Below, piece after piece: positions 9,288 to 21,100 of a stretch of 64,000 bases of DNA (position 1 is its first letter; each line of letters opens with the position of its first letter). Origin of the DNA: Raillietiella orientalis (taxonomy: Eukaryota); NCBI GenBank assembly GCA_036172245.1, contig JAYWIR010000007.1, positions 5,208,001-5,272,000 of the forward strand, read 5' to 3'. Both the position numbers and the translations under genes were made by a program. The notes under the pieces were generated by a model. The model saw only the letters and a list, made by a program, of their open reading frames with translations, searched no databases and was not told where the DNA came from.

Positions 9288-12200
9288 AAACCACCAGGTT
9301 TAAGCAGCTCTTTGACAGCTTTTTTTCACCATGGCATCCAAAGCTGAGTGAGTGCATCCGGAAGAGCATCACGGGGAGACCGTTTCTGCAGCGAGTGTGG
9401 AAAAAGCGCCTCAGCATCCGGAGGTAGGGTCCAGCCACCAGAATGCCAGCGAGCAGCAGCAGCAGTAAGCCATCTGCAGTGCCGCCGCAGAGGCGACGGC
9501 GTTCTCCTCGGCCCGAAGCGACGACCCGCCCGGTGGCTGAAAGCTTTGCCGCACGCACGCAGCCTCCCCGCGTCACCGCTTGTGGGAGCCGGTGGCCTGC
9601 TGCAGGCTTCGTTCTTAATCCCCAAATCGAGCAGTTGCAGAGGGAGGGAGCGCACAGGCCGGATAGAAATCTCGGTATGGGGGGTGGGCGCTTCCGGGAA
9701 ACGAAGTTCCGTCCCCAAAAGGGCCCTCGCGCGTCTAGTGCCTGTTTGGAGGAGAAGGATCATCCTTCTTCCCCCGTCGGAGTTCTTGGAGTTCCTGTCC
9801 GCCTTGGGCAGTGCGGGTAAAAAAAGGGCTGCTGAGGGAGAAGAGCGCCCCTGCAGCCGAGGTTCAAGATCTCCCCCCCTCATTCGCATTCTCTCCCCGT
9901 GTGCCCGAGGTGCGGGGGACCAACAGAGTTGCTGAGCGTGAAGACCCCATCTCAATCTCCACGTCTCCAGGAGTGAGGGGGGGAGGGTCAGGGGAGGGAA
10001 CGCGCTCGCTTCCTCTCATCTCCGGCCTCCTCTCTCGGACACCCGATAGCCACGGTCTGCTGCGTGGCCGCCCCGAGGGCGGACTTTCTTGAACCCTAGA
10101 GTCGAGTGCCTTGAGCGAGTCAAGCCCCGGGGCCTCCCTCCCTCTGCACCCCTTCAGCGTTCAGAGGGCGCGCGGGTGCCTGGGTCGGCTCTTGCTTGCA
10201 TCCGCGCACCGCGGCGAGGCTCTGCCCGCTCCCGAACCGCGGACGGTCTCCGCACTCAGCATCACGTGATCCGCCCGGATTGCGTGATGTCTCGCGCTGC
10301 CCACTTCCGAGGTGCTCCATTCAAGTGTTCGGGACCATTCCGGTCGATGCCGATCGGCTCTTTGCTTCCCTCGCTCTCCCGCAGCTCAGCGGCGCCCACG
10401 AGTCCATTCCCGGACCACTCCAAGAGCTCTCCGGCACGCTGGAAAGTAGAGGAGGGGAGGGGGAAAAAGGATGAGGAGAAAGCGCAAGAAAAGTCGGCAG
10501 CGTCCTCGAAGTCCCAGGAGGTCTGCAAGAAAGATTCTGGGTTTCCTCGGGGGCTCCGGGTTTCCTGCGCGCCTCTGGCCATGCGCAGGCGGACGAAGAT
10601 GATGACCGAGAGGGAGGTCTCCCTTGCTAAAACGCTGGGGAGGAAAACAGACGATCGGAGAGAGAACGAAAAGGTGAAGAAGGGAAGCTTCGCATCAGCG
10701 TTCCTCCTGGGGTAAGATCGGACGGTCTCTCTTCACGGAATCCCGCCGCCCCCGGAGGTGGCGGCGGGATTCCCTCTGGACCGTGCCTTCGTTTCACGGA
10801 GGTCGATGGCGGCGGGTCCAGGGGCGGAGTCCAGCAGCGACCGCCCGCTCGCGCTACTCGGGGCAATCCGGGATGCTGTCTGTGCTCGCGGGAGGCGAGT
10901 TTGCCTGCTCATTGAGCGCCTGGGTCGGAGTCCCTTGACAGGATGAGCGAAAAAGTGGGACGGGAGTCTCCCCTCCCGCTTCGCTTACTGCGGCCCTCCA
11001 CTTCATGCATCCCTTCTTTGAGGGCGCACTTTGGTGGCCTTCTCGCCCGACTGCATCGCTTCTCCTCCTCCCCCGCACTTGGCCGGTTTCCCCCGTCTGG
11101 CATCTTTGGCCAGCTCGTCTCCCGTGCCAAAGCGGAAAGAGAAACTCCCACATTGCTTTGGATGGAACCTCCCCCCTTGATTCCCCATATATTCTAATCT
11201 CCCTGTTTTCCAGACTTTGCCCCCCTCCCCCTCTTCCCGACGAAGAGTTTCTTCGGAGTCCCGTGAAAACTGCCGCACCAAAAGCTCTAAAAAAATGGAT
11301 CGGGAAGTTCTTCTAATGGATGGACTCTGATGCGAGAGCAGCGGGGGAAAACTTTTTCCTCTCTCTCTCACCCTCTTTCCCTGACCTTTTTCTCCTGCCC
11401 TCCCTTCCGTGTGTCGACACACACGTTCTTGGCCGGTGGAGATCCCGGTGGAAACGCCGCAAGCGGACCGCTGCTCGCAAGGCCCGCTGTTCCCTGCTGC
11501 ATGTGCCGTCGCGTGCCCAGGAACCTGTTGATTCCGGAGGCACCAGAAAGAAAAACCTTTATTAATTCAGTCCCGGAAAGCGCAGCCATGAAATTTTAAC
11601 TGCGGAGCTAATTGAGCTGAAAGGAGGAGGCCATCTGAGCACTTTCCCGAGCGCGGCTCCCGAAGTGCACGCGGAATTCCGTAATTCTCCAGACGCGAAT
11701 CGAAAGCCAAGGCGTTATTCGATTATGTGAATTCGGGAGCTAAGATTTCAAGCTCGGAGAAGTCAGGAATTATGCATGCAGCTCCGCCATGTCAGCCTTC
11801 GTGCCTGAATCCCTCGTCGGAGATCGTCCCGACTAAGTACGTTCCAGGAGGCCAGGAAGTCCTGTGTGTCCATTATGCCTCCCCTCACTCTGTTTATAAT
11901 GTGGGTTGATCAGGGGACAGGGGTTTTATGACCGAACTGCAGGTTTGTTTTGGGCTGCTCCGTCATTACTCAGTTATGAGTTGCCAATTTCGGCAGCGCA
12001 GAGCGAATGGCAAATGCAAAAGGACTTTTTATTAGGGACAGCTCGCCTTGGGTTCGGAAATTAAATTGGGCGAACTTTTGCGACAGACGCTCCCAGTGCT
12101 GGGGTATGAGGGGGGGGGGGGGGGGGGAACGGGGGACGGTGGGACTCCGCGGACGGGTGCAAGTATTCGGCACAAATCGGCGAGGCGGCCACATCGCCAC

Positions 12201-14299
12201 CGTTTACGTGGTTGCGGTCGGTCGCCGGAAAGGAGACTTTGCTGGGCAGGTGCTCCGCAGGTCGTTTCACCCTGCGGCCACGGGTCCTCCCTCCTCCTCC
12301 ACGGCTGCAGATTGCCCCGAAGAAAACAGAAGCGGTTTCCAGCAGGAAGAGTCCTCTTTTCCCCCCTTTCGCTTCCGGCTCACGGCGACACCGTACGGAT
12401 GCAAAAGCAGAAGGGAACGCCCGCGGTTTGTCCGCGGAGCAGAGGAACTCTGCGCATCCTCGGTTCCCGAGGTGGGCTTTCGAAACTCGGGGCTCCGAGG
12501 AAAGCCCAGAAGTGGGTGGCCCTCTGCGCGGTTGATGCGCCACCGGAGAGGGTGACGCTCAGAGGAACTTCATTGCCCGCGCCTTGTCGGCAAAAAGGGA
12601 TCCACGTTGGCACTCAAAAAAAAAAAAAAAAAAATCGGAAGTGGCTGGATGGGTGGGTTCAGCAGCAACACGAAGCCGTTGCAGATTGGGAAGTGTTTTC
12701 GCACTGCGCACATGAGGTGCATACACAGGCCCCCCAGGGTGGATCCGGTCACGGGTTTGTTGCTTCTTGTAAGACGTGGGGGCGTTCCGTGCGCAAAATG
12801 CGCCTTTCCTGCACAATGGCGCACTGCGGTTGCTATTCCTCGATATTCTACACTCCTAGTTGATGTGACCCCAAGCAAGGGGAGGGGGGCGCAAAACGTC
12901 TGCGAGCCCCTCCCCACACTTCATCTTACGCATCGACAGCCATGACGTCTGGCGAGAGACGCAATAAAAGCCTTCCCTTTCTTCCTTCACCTATAACGAA
13001 TACGCGCAGGAAAGGAGGGTGTTCGAAACGCCAGGCGGCCAGCAGCCAGCCAGATCGGCCTAGATCAGCATGCAAAAAACGGGAACGGCATTCCAAAGAT
13101 ACCGATGGGGAGGAATGACTTCTGCTGCTGCTGCTGGACGCGATTGAATCCCACGCTGCATCCGCGTCGTCGTGCCTACCGAACGAAAGGCAGAACTGAA
13201 ATTCATCTGTGCATGTCCGCAAAGAGAAAAAAGAAAAAAAAAAAAAAACACACACACACACACATAACACCTGTGGTAACGAACGAAACATATATACGGA
13301 TGTGTTTGGGAACTGGCAACCCGCATGGCTGCCGGAACACGGGAACCTCCTCCCATTTGTGTGCGTCACGTGTCGTTGGGAGGAGGGGGGGGGGGGGACA
13401 AAACAAAACAAACACGCAAAAAGAGAGGGAGGCATCGCGCGTAGGCGAACGCGCACGAACAAAGCAAAAGCAAAAAAAAAAAAAAAAAAAAAAAGAGCCG
13501 TCACAGCATGCGAGTTTTTTTTTTTTTTTTCGTGCGCAGCATCCCACGGTTTTTCCATCTGCCATTGCTGGAACCACGGGTGCGTGTGGCCTTTGGGGCG
13601 TATTTTCAAGCGGTTCCGCGTGCTCCTCCAGGCGTCGCCCTGGCGGGTGCCACCGGGACGTCTCGCGACGAGGGCGAGTGGCACTCTGGTGGCGCCGGCA
13701 CACGCTCGGTCCTTTTGGCCGGGGGGCCCCGAGCGCGGTCTCGCGCCAGTGGGTTGGCCGTGACGGCGTGGCGAGCGCGCGCACGTCGTAGTCGCCGCCG
13801 CCGCCGTCGTGCCAGGGCGCCGCCGCCGGCGCCACCGCCCCCGTCGGCTGGGCCGCGCGACCAGTGAGCGCGGCCCCTCGCAGCCGTCCGGTACTCCCTA
13901 AACCATGAGCTCGCAGAGGGGCTGTTGCGAGGCAAAGTTCATTGACAACTTGTTGCGAAAAGTGGTGCAGCCGTGTTAGCAGCTGAAAAAAACGCACGGC
14001 GCTTTTTCTCCACCGTCCGCGCCAGAAAATATTCGCTTTCGGTGGGTGCACCACCATCTGTTTCCGCCGCAGGAACCCTAGCTGCTGCAGATTGCAGATA
14101 TCTGGCAAAAGGTTGTGTAAAGTTTCTGTTTGGTTTGGTGTTTGCTAACGGGAAAAACTCGCTGTTGCTCTGTGCACCGCGCGTTCAGCAACATATGGGT
14201 AGAAACGCATTTATTATTTTTAAATCGTCTGTTTGTTGATTTTTGTTTTTTTATTGGGGATTTTTTCCCCTTTTCATTCATTGATTAAAGTATCAACAG

Positions 14300-14944
<645 letters not shown>

Positions 14945-15005
14945 CAAGTCGAGAAGTGAATCCCCATCTGCTTCCAGATGCTATACAAACTTTGCAAACA
15001 ACCTG

Positions 15006-15011
15006 TTTATT
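15006..15011 (-). promoter_or_regulatory. Putative dystrophin polyadenylation signal AATAAA
   Basis: TTTATT on the + strand, ~50 nt past the dystrophin stop at 15060. Confidence 0.5.
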
Positions 15012-15059
15012 TTGCTGGTGCTGTTTGTTATAAGCCTCTTCCTTAAAAAATACAGGCAT

Positions 15060-15160
15060 TTATCTTTGGCAGTTTGGAGCTTCATCCATAGGCATCAGTT
15101 TGTCCTCATCAGCAGCTGTCAGTGCTGTAACTAAAGAACCCATGGCCTTTCCCACATCAC
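15060..15160 (-). CDS. Dys: Dystrophin terminal exon
   Basis: gttgtag|GT GAT GTG GGA AAG GCC ATG GGT TCT TTA GTT...[39 protein letters not shown]. Confidence 0.82.
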
Positions 15161-18100
15161 CTACAACTACCAACTAACATATGGTAGGATCTGACTGCTA
15201 CATACCTGCCCTGCACAGAAGAGTGTCCACTGTGGGTAGTGTGCGCAAGGGGGAAACTGAGTTACACAGTGATGTTGATGACAAGGTCTTTATTGATGCT
15301 TACTGTCAAAGATTTCTGGCAGCAGTGAAGATCTCTGGCCTGCATGAAGGGGGCTGCTTGTAACCAACTCGGAAGCCGTGATGAACTTGTGATCCTGGCC
15401 AACACCGTCTAGCATACTATGTAGCATATGCAATCGGTTCAGCAGAACGTCATTTTCATTGGTAAGCCGTTGAATGCGGTTTGCTACGGGCAGCTCTTCT
15501 CTGTCCTCGAGGTTTGCTTCTTGATCATCGTTGGGGGAGTCTGCCGTGCTGCTGCTGGAGACAAACTGCTCCAAGAGTTTATTGTACTCTTGATGCAAGG
15601 CTTTGTTTTTATATTCGAGTTGCTGAAGAACCTCTCCCTGATCAGTTGCAGGATGCGTACTTCGGGGAAGGGTTGCTGAGTTGCCCAGGCCTGAGCTATG
15701 ACTGAACAGTGCTACACGTCGATGCTTATCATCTAGTCTGATGGACGGCCATTAAACACTCCTTTTTTTTTTTTTTTCCTTTTTCCTCTTACGATTCGGG
15801 CGTAGAGTTAGCACGTCCACGTAGCTCAGCTTCCGCTAATCGAGAAGCACACATCTCAACATGAGTATGCATATCTGGAGGTGTGACAGGGCAAAGACTG
15901 TTGGCTTTTTGTTTCTGAACAGGAAGGTATCCCACTCGGGGATGCTTCTGGAAATAACGTTTTGATTTGAATTTGTTGCGCAAGGTGTGGGTGAAATCCC
16001 GGATATCTTCACCACTAGTTGTGTCACAGCAGTACTCCTGCAGCGGATGCGTTGCCTTGTGGTGGCGGGCAGTGGCTCCAGAGAAGAAGCACTTCTGACA
16101 CATATTGAATCCAAGGCACTTGAGGCATCGATACCTTTTTGTTTGGGTTTATGGTGGGCAGAACAAGTCATCCGGCCATACCTTAATCCCACGATAGGGC
16201 TTCCTTTACAAACATTGCAGCGGGTGTGGTGTCGTGAGTCTTCTGCTACTGCAATACGGTGCATCACGGGCAACCAGATCAGTGACTGGGGTTCCTGTCG
16301 CATCCACGACAGGAAGTGGGCGGCCTCCACGACGGTGCGGTTGGCTCCGGCGATCTGCAGGCAGCTTTGTGCTAGGGGCTCAACATCGCTTTCCGAAAAC
16401 GCCGTATTTTCTCCCAACTGCTGAGGGATTGCGATGCAGTCGGTCAGAAACAGCCTCAAGCTTTCTGCATCCATCTGCCGGTTCGCGTTGGCTGCGATTC
16501 TAAAGAGAACTGTATACAACTGAGAAAATGAGTCTTCCACCTCTATACTCACATCGATATTTCTCGTCTAAGTGGCCGTTACTGAGTAACGCCAACCCCA
16601 CTTTGAATGACCTCGCATGAATTTTCCCCTTTCGGGTTTTATCGTACACATTAAACAACCAATTCAAGGTGAGATCCAGGCACACGGCTAGGTTCGTTAC
16701 ATTTGGGCTGCCCAGTCCAATTCGTTGGTAAATCGCGTTCAGAATGTTTACCATGTCGCTGACACTCATCGAGTCATTGCCCTCGTACATGTCGGTCAAC
16801 TCCGATACGTACGACAGGTTGACCAGGTCAACTGCAAGACAGAGAGAAGTCCACGACGTGGCTGCCTGCACCGCGGTCGGCCGACGTACGGTAAAGCCGC
16901 TTTTGCAGCGCCCGCAGCTTCAGACCCGTTCGGTACGCGGAATACTTTACATAATTCAGCTCCTGCAAATCCAGCCAAAGGCTGTCCATTTTGGGATGAT
17001 CCCACTGCGTGGTTTGCGTTTTGTGGCTACGACGACCCATTTCCCAGCATGCACGGTCATCCCTCCTACGTACTTGATGTAATAAGGCACTTGGTTTTTG
17101 GACACAGAGCGCTCCCACGGAGGCTCCACCGATTTCTCCAAGAACTGCACGTTCGGCTGGGCAGATTTCTTCAGGTTGTTGTTTCTGATGCTGCTATCTA
17201 TAACGTGCTGAAGCTTTTGCAATCTGCGCAACGGGCAGTGCTATCCCGGTCTGCCTCCAGCAATGCACGGCTTTTACCTGATGTTCAAGTCGTCCAGGCG
17301 CGAAGTGTTGCAAGGAGAAAGCATTATGTGGTTGGTGGCAAATTTAGCCGCTTGGTCATTAGCAATCTCGATGCTTTTTTGCAACGCAACCAGTTTATCC
17401 TGCATCACCTGAAAGGGAGAAAAGAACAAAAACAATAACGGAGGGGGGGGGGGGCTATTTTGTTCCGGAAAGGAAATAACGCGAGAGCCACGGGAAAAGA
17501 TGAAGACAATTCGATATTCATGAGAAGGGAAGGGGGAGGCTGGAGATGGAAATGCGATGTACGCTGGAGTGCAGTGGAAAGTGAAACCACTTCTGCCCCC
17601 GAGCAAACACTTCTTCCCACAAGACAAACACGTTTCTGTGAGCTCGCGCCGGTTCCTCAAGAGCACGCTTCAGTGTACGGAAGCACGCAGATGGCCGAAC
17701 AGCGAGAGGAACACACAGCAAGCACCACCGCCCTCCCACACTCTGACGGGAGGATGTTCCTTTCCGCGTCTTGAGAGAAAGTTCCGTGGGTCGAATGGGG
17801 AAGTTTCCAACGTGTGCCAAGCCGACGTGCTTTTTTGCCGCCGCATTTTCGTAGGGCACGCGCTGCCACCAAAATTTCGAGAACGCGCGGTGTGCTCATC
17901 CCTGGTGGGCAGGCAGCGGGGAGGATGCGATGCGGGCAGGAAACGCACGCGCACCTCGTCAATCCGCATCGCAGCGTTGTCAGGGACGATTCGGGAACAG
18001 CTGGAAGCCTGGAAACCAACCGTGCGAAAACCAGGGGAGGCAGGGAAAGCGCGCGGAACCCCTCCCCCCCCACATATTCCAGTCCTCTTGAACTGGGAAC

Positions 18101-21100
18101 ACCGGGAATCAGCCGCATCTTTCAGCACTCTCGTATATCACGAAGGCAACGGGGAAAAAAAAAAAAAAAAAATCTTTCTCGAAGGGGCGCTCCGAGTGTG
18201 GGTGTCGCAGCAGAAGAGGGAAGCGGCTGTTTTGAGCACCGGCTGTCCTTGGCCGTCCGTGCGATGGCTCCTTCCCCAATCACACTTCTCCAAGTGGGCA
18301 AGATGGGTCGCCTTGAGAGACCGAGCTCCCTACGGGTCGCAGAAAACAGTGCAAACCGGAAGGATGTGCCACCCAGAAAATCTACGGAGCCTCTCAAGGG
18401 AGGAGGAAGGGGCACAGGACACCAGCACGCCTTTTCAAAAGTTGCGGGAGTCCACAGAACTTCGGGGTCGCAACCGTACGCTTGGCCGTTGACGGGCAGA
18501 CAGGGAGGGACCTTGAGAGAGAGTGCACGAAGGGAGCGGGGGGAGGAGACTGCAACTCGCAGCGAAGAGTGGCTGCGGAGTCAAGGTCTTACTTCCGATG
18601 TTCTGCCGTGATGATGGCACAAATAAAATCAAAGGGGCGCGCCCCCACGAAAGGGCAGGCTTGCACGGCACGGGACTCGGACTCCGGCGCATCCAAAGCA
18701 CTCGGTAGCGGCGGTGGCGGCGGCTCTGGTGGAAGCAGATCGGACTCTGGCGCGAACCTCGTGTTGCGGAAAGATGGAAAGAGGAGAGACGGTGCATGCG
18801 AGTCTGGACGTCCGGAAGACATGGGAGAAGGAAGGATGGGGGGAGGTGCTCAGGAGAGATGCTTCTGGGTTCACGCTTTCGAAGAGTCCCCTGCAATTAC
18901 TTGGTCTCGAATGGACGCCGTAGCTTCCTCTGGACTTCCACAGAAGAGAGTTCCGGGACCTTTCACGGGTCGTTTTCAGTGCTCGGAGATCTTCCACATG
19001 CAACGCACCACCTTTCTAGCAGCATCACGTCGGCATCGAGAAAAGACCAAAAGAAAAAAAGGATGGGGAGGGGGGGGGGGGAGGCCAGTTGCTGTCGATC
19101 TTCCAGCCCGTTTCCCGCATGCTGTCTTTTCCCAGGCCTCAGGAGAGCTCAGGTTCGGGTTTCGATACGGGTCGCGGGGCCACGACTCTTATTCCCGGTA
19201 ATCTGAATCCTCTGCTTCCAAGGGATTCATAGATGGTCGCGGCCGCAGCTGCCCGGAGCACGCCAGCTCTCCTGCGCGGCTCGAGGCGGCTTCCGGATGA
19301 CAACCGGACGATGCACCAAGGGTGACGACGAGACCAGGTTTCGCGCCATGTCGCTCACCCCATTCCACCCCACTCCCCGAGCAACCTGGAGCGGCAGGCT
19401 CCCTCGAGCACGCCGGAGGTTTTTGCACGCTCTTCCGAACCGGTTGGCGCGTCGCTTCCGTCCTGCAGACGGGATGCGGCGACGAGGGTCTCGAAGCCCT
19501 GGGGCGGTCGGAAAACGGGAGCGCGACTTTTCGCGGACAACTTCCGTTTCCCGGTGAGCCCTCGAACGCTGCTGCTTCCCACCCCCCGCAGAGCCCAAGC
19601 GCGACTACCTTCAGGTGCCTGGCATCCACCGGCTGAGGGGCATCGTCTGCACCCATGGAGCAGCACTTGGCCTTGTCCTCCTCGACCGCACACACTTTGT
19701 TGTCGATGTCGTCGAGGGTCTTCTGGAAGGCGCGCATCTTCTAAAAGGGAGATGCCGGTGAGCATCGGGGAAGGGGACGCACCCTCGGATTCCCACGAGA
19801 CCTCCCCCTTCCTTCTCCCGATCGGACCGCCGCCCCTACTCCGAGCTTGGCCTGCCTCAAGCCGACCGCGCGCTTGCGACACACGGCCCGACCGGGCAAA
19901 CGCTTCTCGCTCACGGGCAGCCCGCTTCGCAACGGCAGGGCAGACAGTAAGGGGAGGGGGAAGCAGGGGCTGCCCCGCGCTCTTCCCTTCCCTCTCGTTC
20001 ACCGCTTGCCATCCAGACTGGCGTGCATCTCCGTATGATGGGGACCTGACTTCCTGGACGCACGGAATCCCGGACCGGCAAACCAGCTGCTCCACGTTAC
20101 CGACAAAGTGGAGACCACGAAGGACTGGGAGGGAGTCGAAGGCAGCTCGCCCCCGCCGTCTCCGGGCGATCACGAACGATGGAATGTTCGTGACTCATCA
20201 TCACCAAACGGGAAAAGCAAAGCACAGCCAGAAAAAACCTTTTTTTTTTTTTTCTTCTTCCCCCCCCCCCCCGCGGAGGAAAAAAAGGAGCTAAAAAGAA
20301 AAAGAAAAAAAAAAAGAAAAAAACAGGGGAGGGGAGCACCAAGCAGCGGACCTCTCCTGGAGGCGCGCGCGCTGGGGGGCGGGGTGGGGGAGGCCGCTAG
20401 ACTCGGAAGCTGCGTGCTCCTATCCGAAAATCCTCCGGCCGCGGCCCCCCCTTCCCCTCCCCGGCTGCGCTTGCAGAAAGCCGTGCCTTCTTCCCCTCGT
20501 CGCAGGTCCCTACGCACCACCCCACCCCTCTCTCTTTCTCTCTCTCTCTCTCTCACCTTGCTTATGGGGAAGCACGTGTCCCCCTTCCTCGCCTCCCTCA
20601 TGGTGGGGATGCGCAGCCTGCGGGGAGGCACACCGTGCACGAGCTCAGCGCGGCGCCACCCCACGAGTGCGCTCCGGAAGCGAAAACGTTGGTGCGTGAC
20701 AACCGGAATCCGACGACGGCGCAGCACCGCCATGCCTCATCGTGAACTCGGGCAGGACGCGCGCGGATCACTTAAGGCTGGCGAGGCAGGGAGAGAGCGG
20801 GAGGGAGGGACGGAGGGAGAGAGAGCGTTTGAGGATGCTAATAAATTTCACACCGAAAGCACACACACGTCAGGGACCTTTTCACGGGCACGGCCAAATT
20901 ATTTCACAAGTGCAACTCATTCTGTTTATACGACACGGCGGAGAAGAAGCGGCTCAAAAAAAGGCGAAGAAGAAGAAGAGAAAAAGAAAGGAGGAAAGAG
21001 AGAAGGAAAAAGAAAGGAGGGGAAGGAAGGAACGGGGAGGAGGATCTGCGGCGGGTACGGCTCCGCGGTCGCGCCAGCCAGCCTGCTTTCTCATAAAGCG

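Noticed and set aside
9274..9576. Hydrophobic LLLLLLAGILVAG ORF as an upstream iGluR exon
   Set aside because: Derives from a CAG/CTG repeat, has no ATG before it and no convincing splice donor.
15290..15598. ORF-track stop at 15290 as the sole dystrophin end
   Set aside because: A GTAAGC donor just before it leads in frame to two exons encoding the conserved terminal motif; kept only as a possible alternative end.
17563..17577. GCTGGAGTGCAGTGG resembling a primate Alu segment
   Set aside because: Isolated 15-mer with no flanking Alu similarity; chance match.
20581..20601. MREARKG resembling the human Dp71 start MREQLKG as true homology
   Set aside because: Only 7 residues and a different splice position (Dp71 joins within the WW domain); treated as coincidence.
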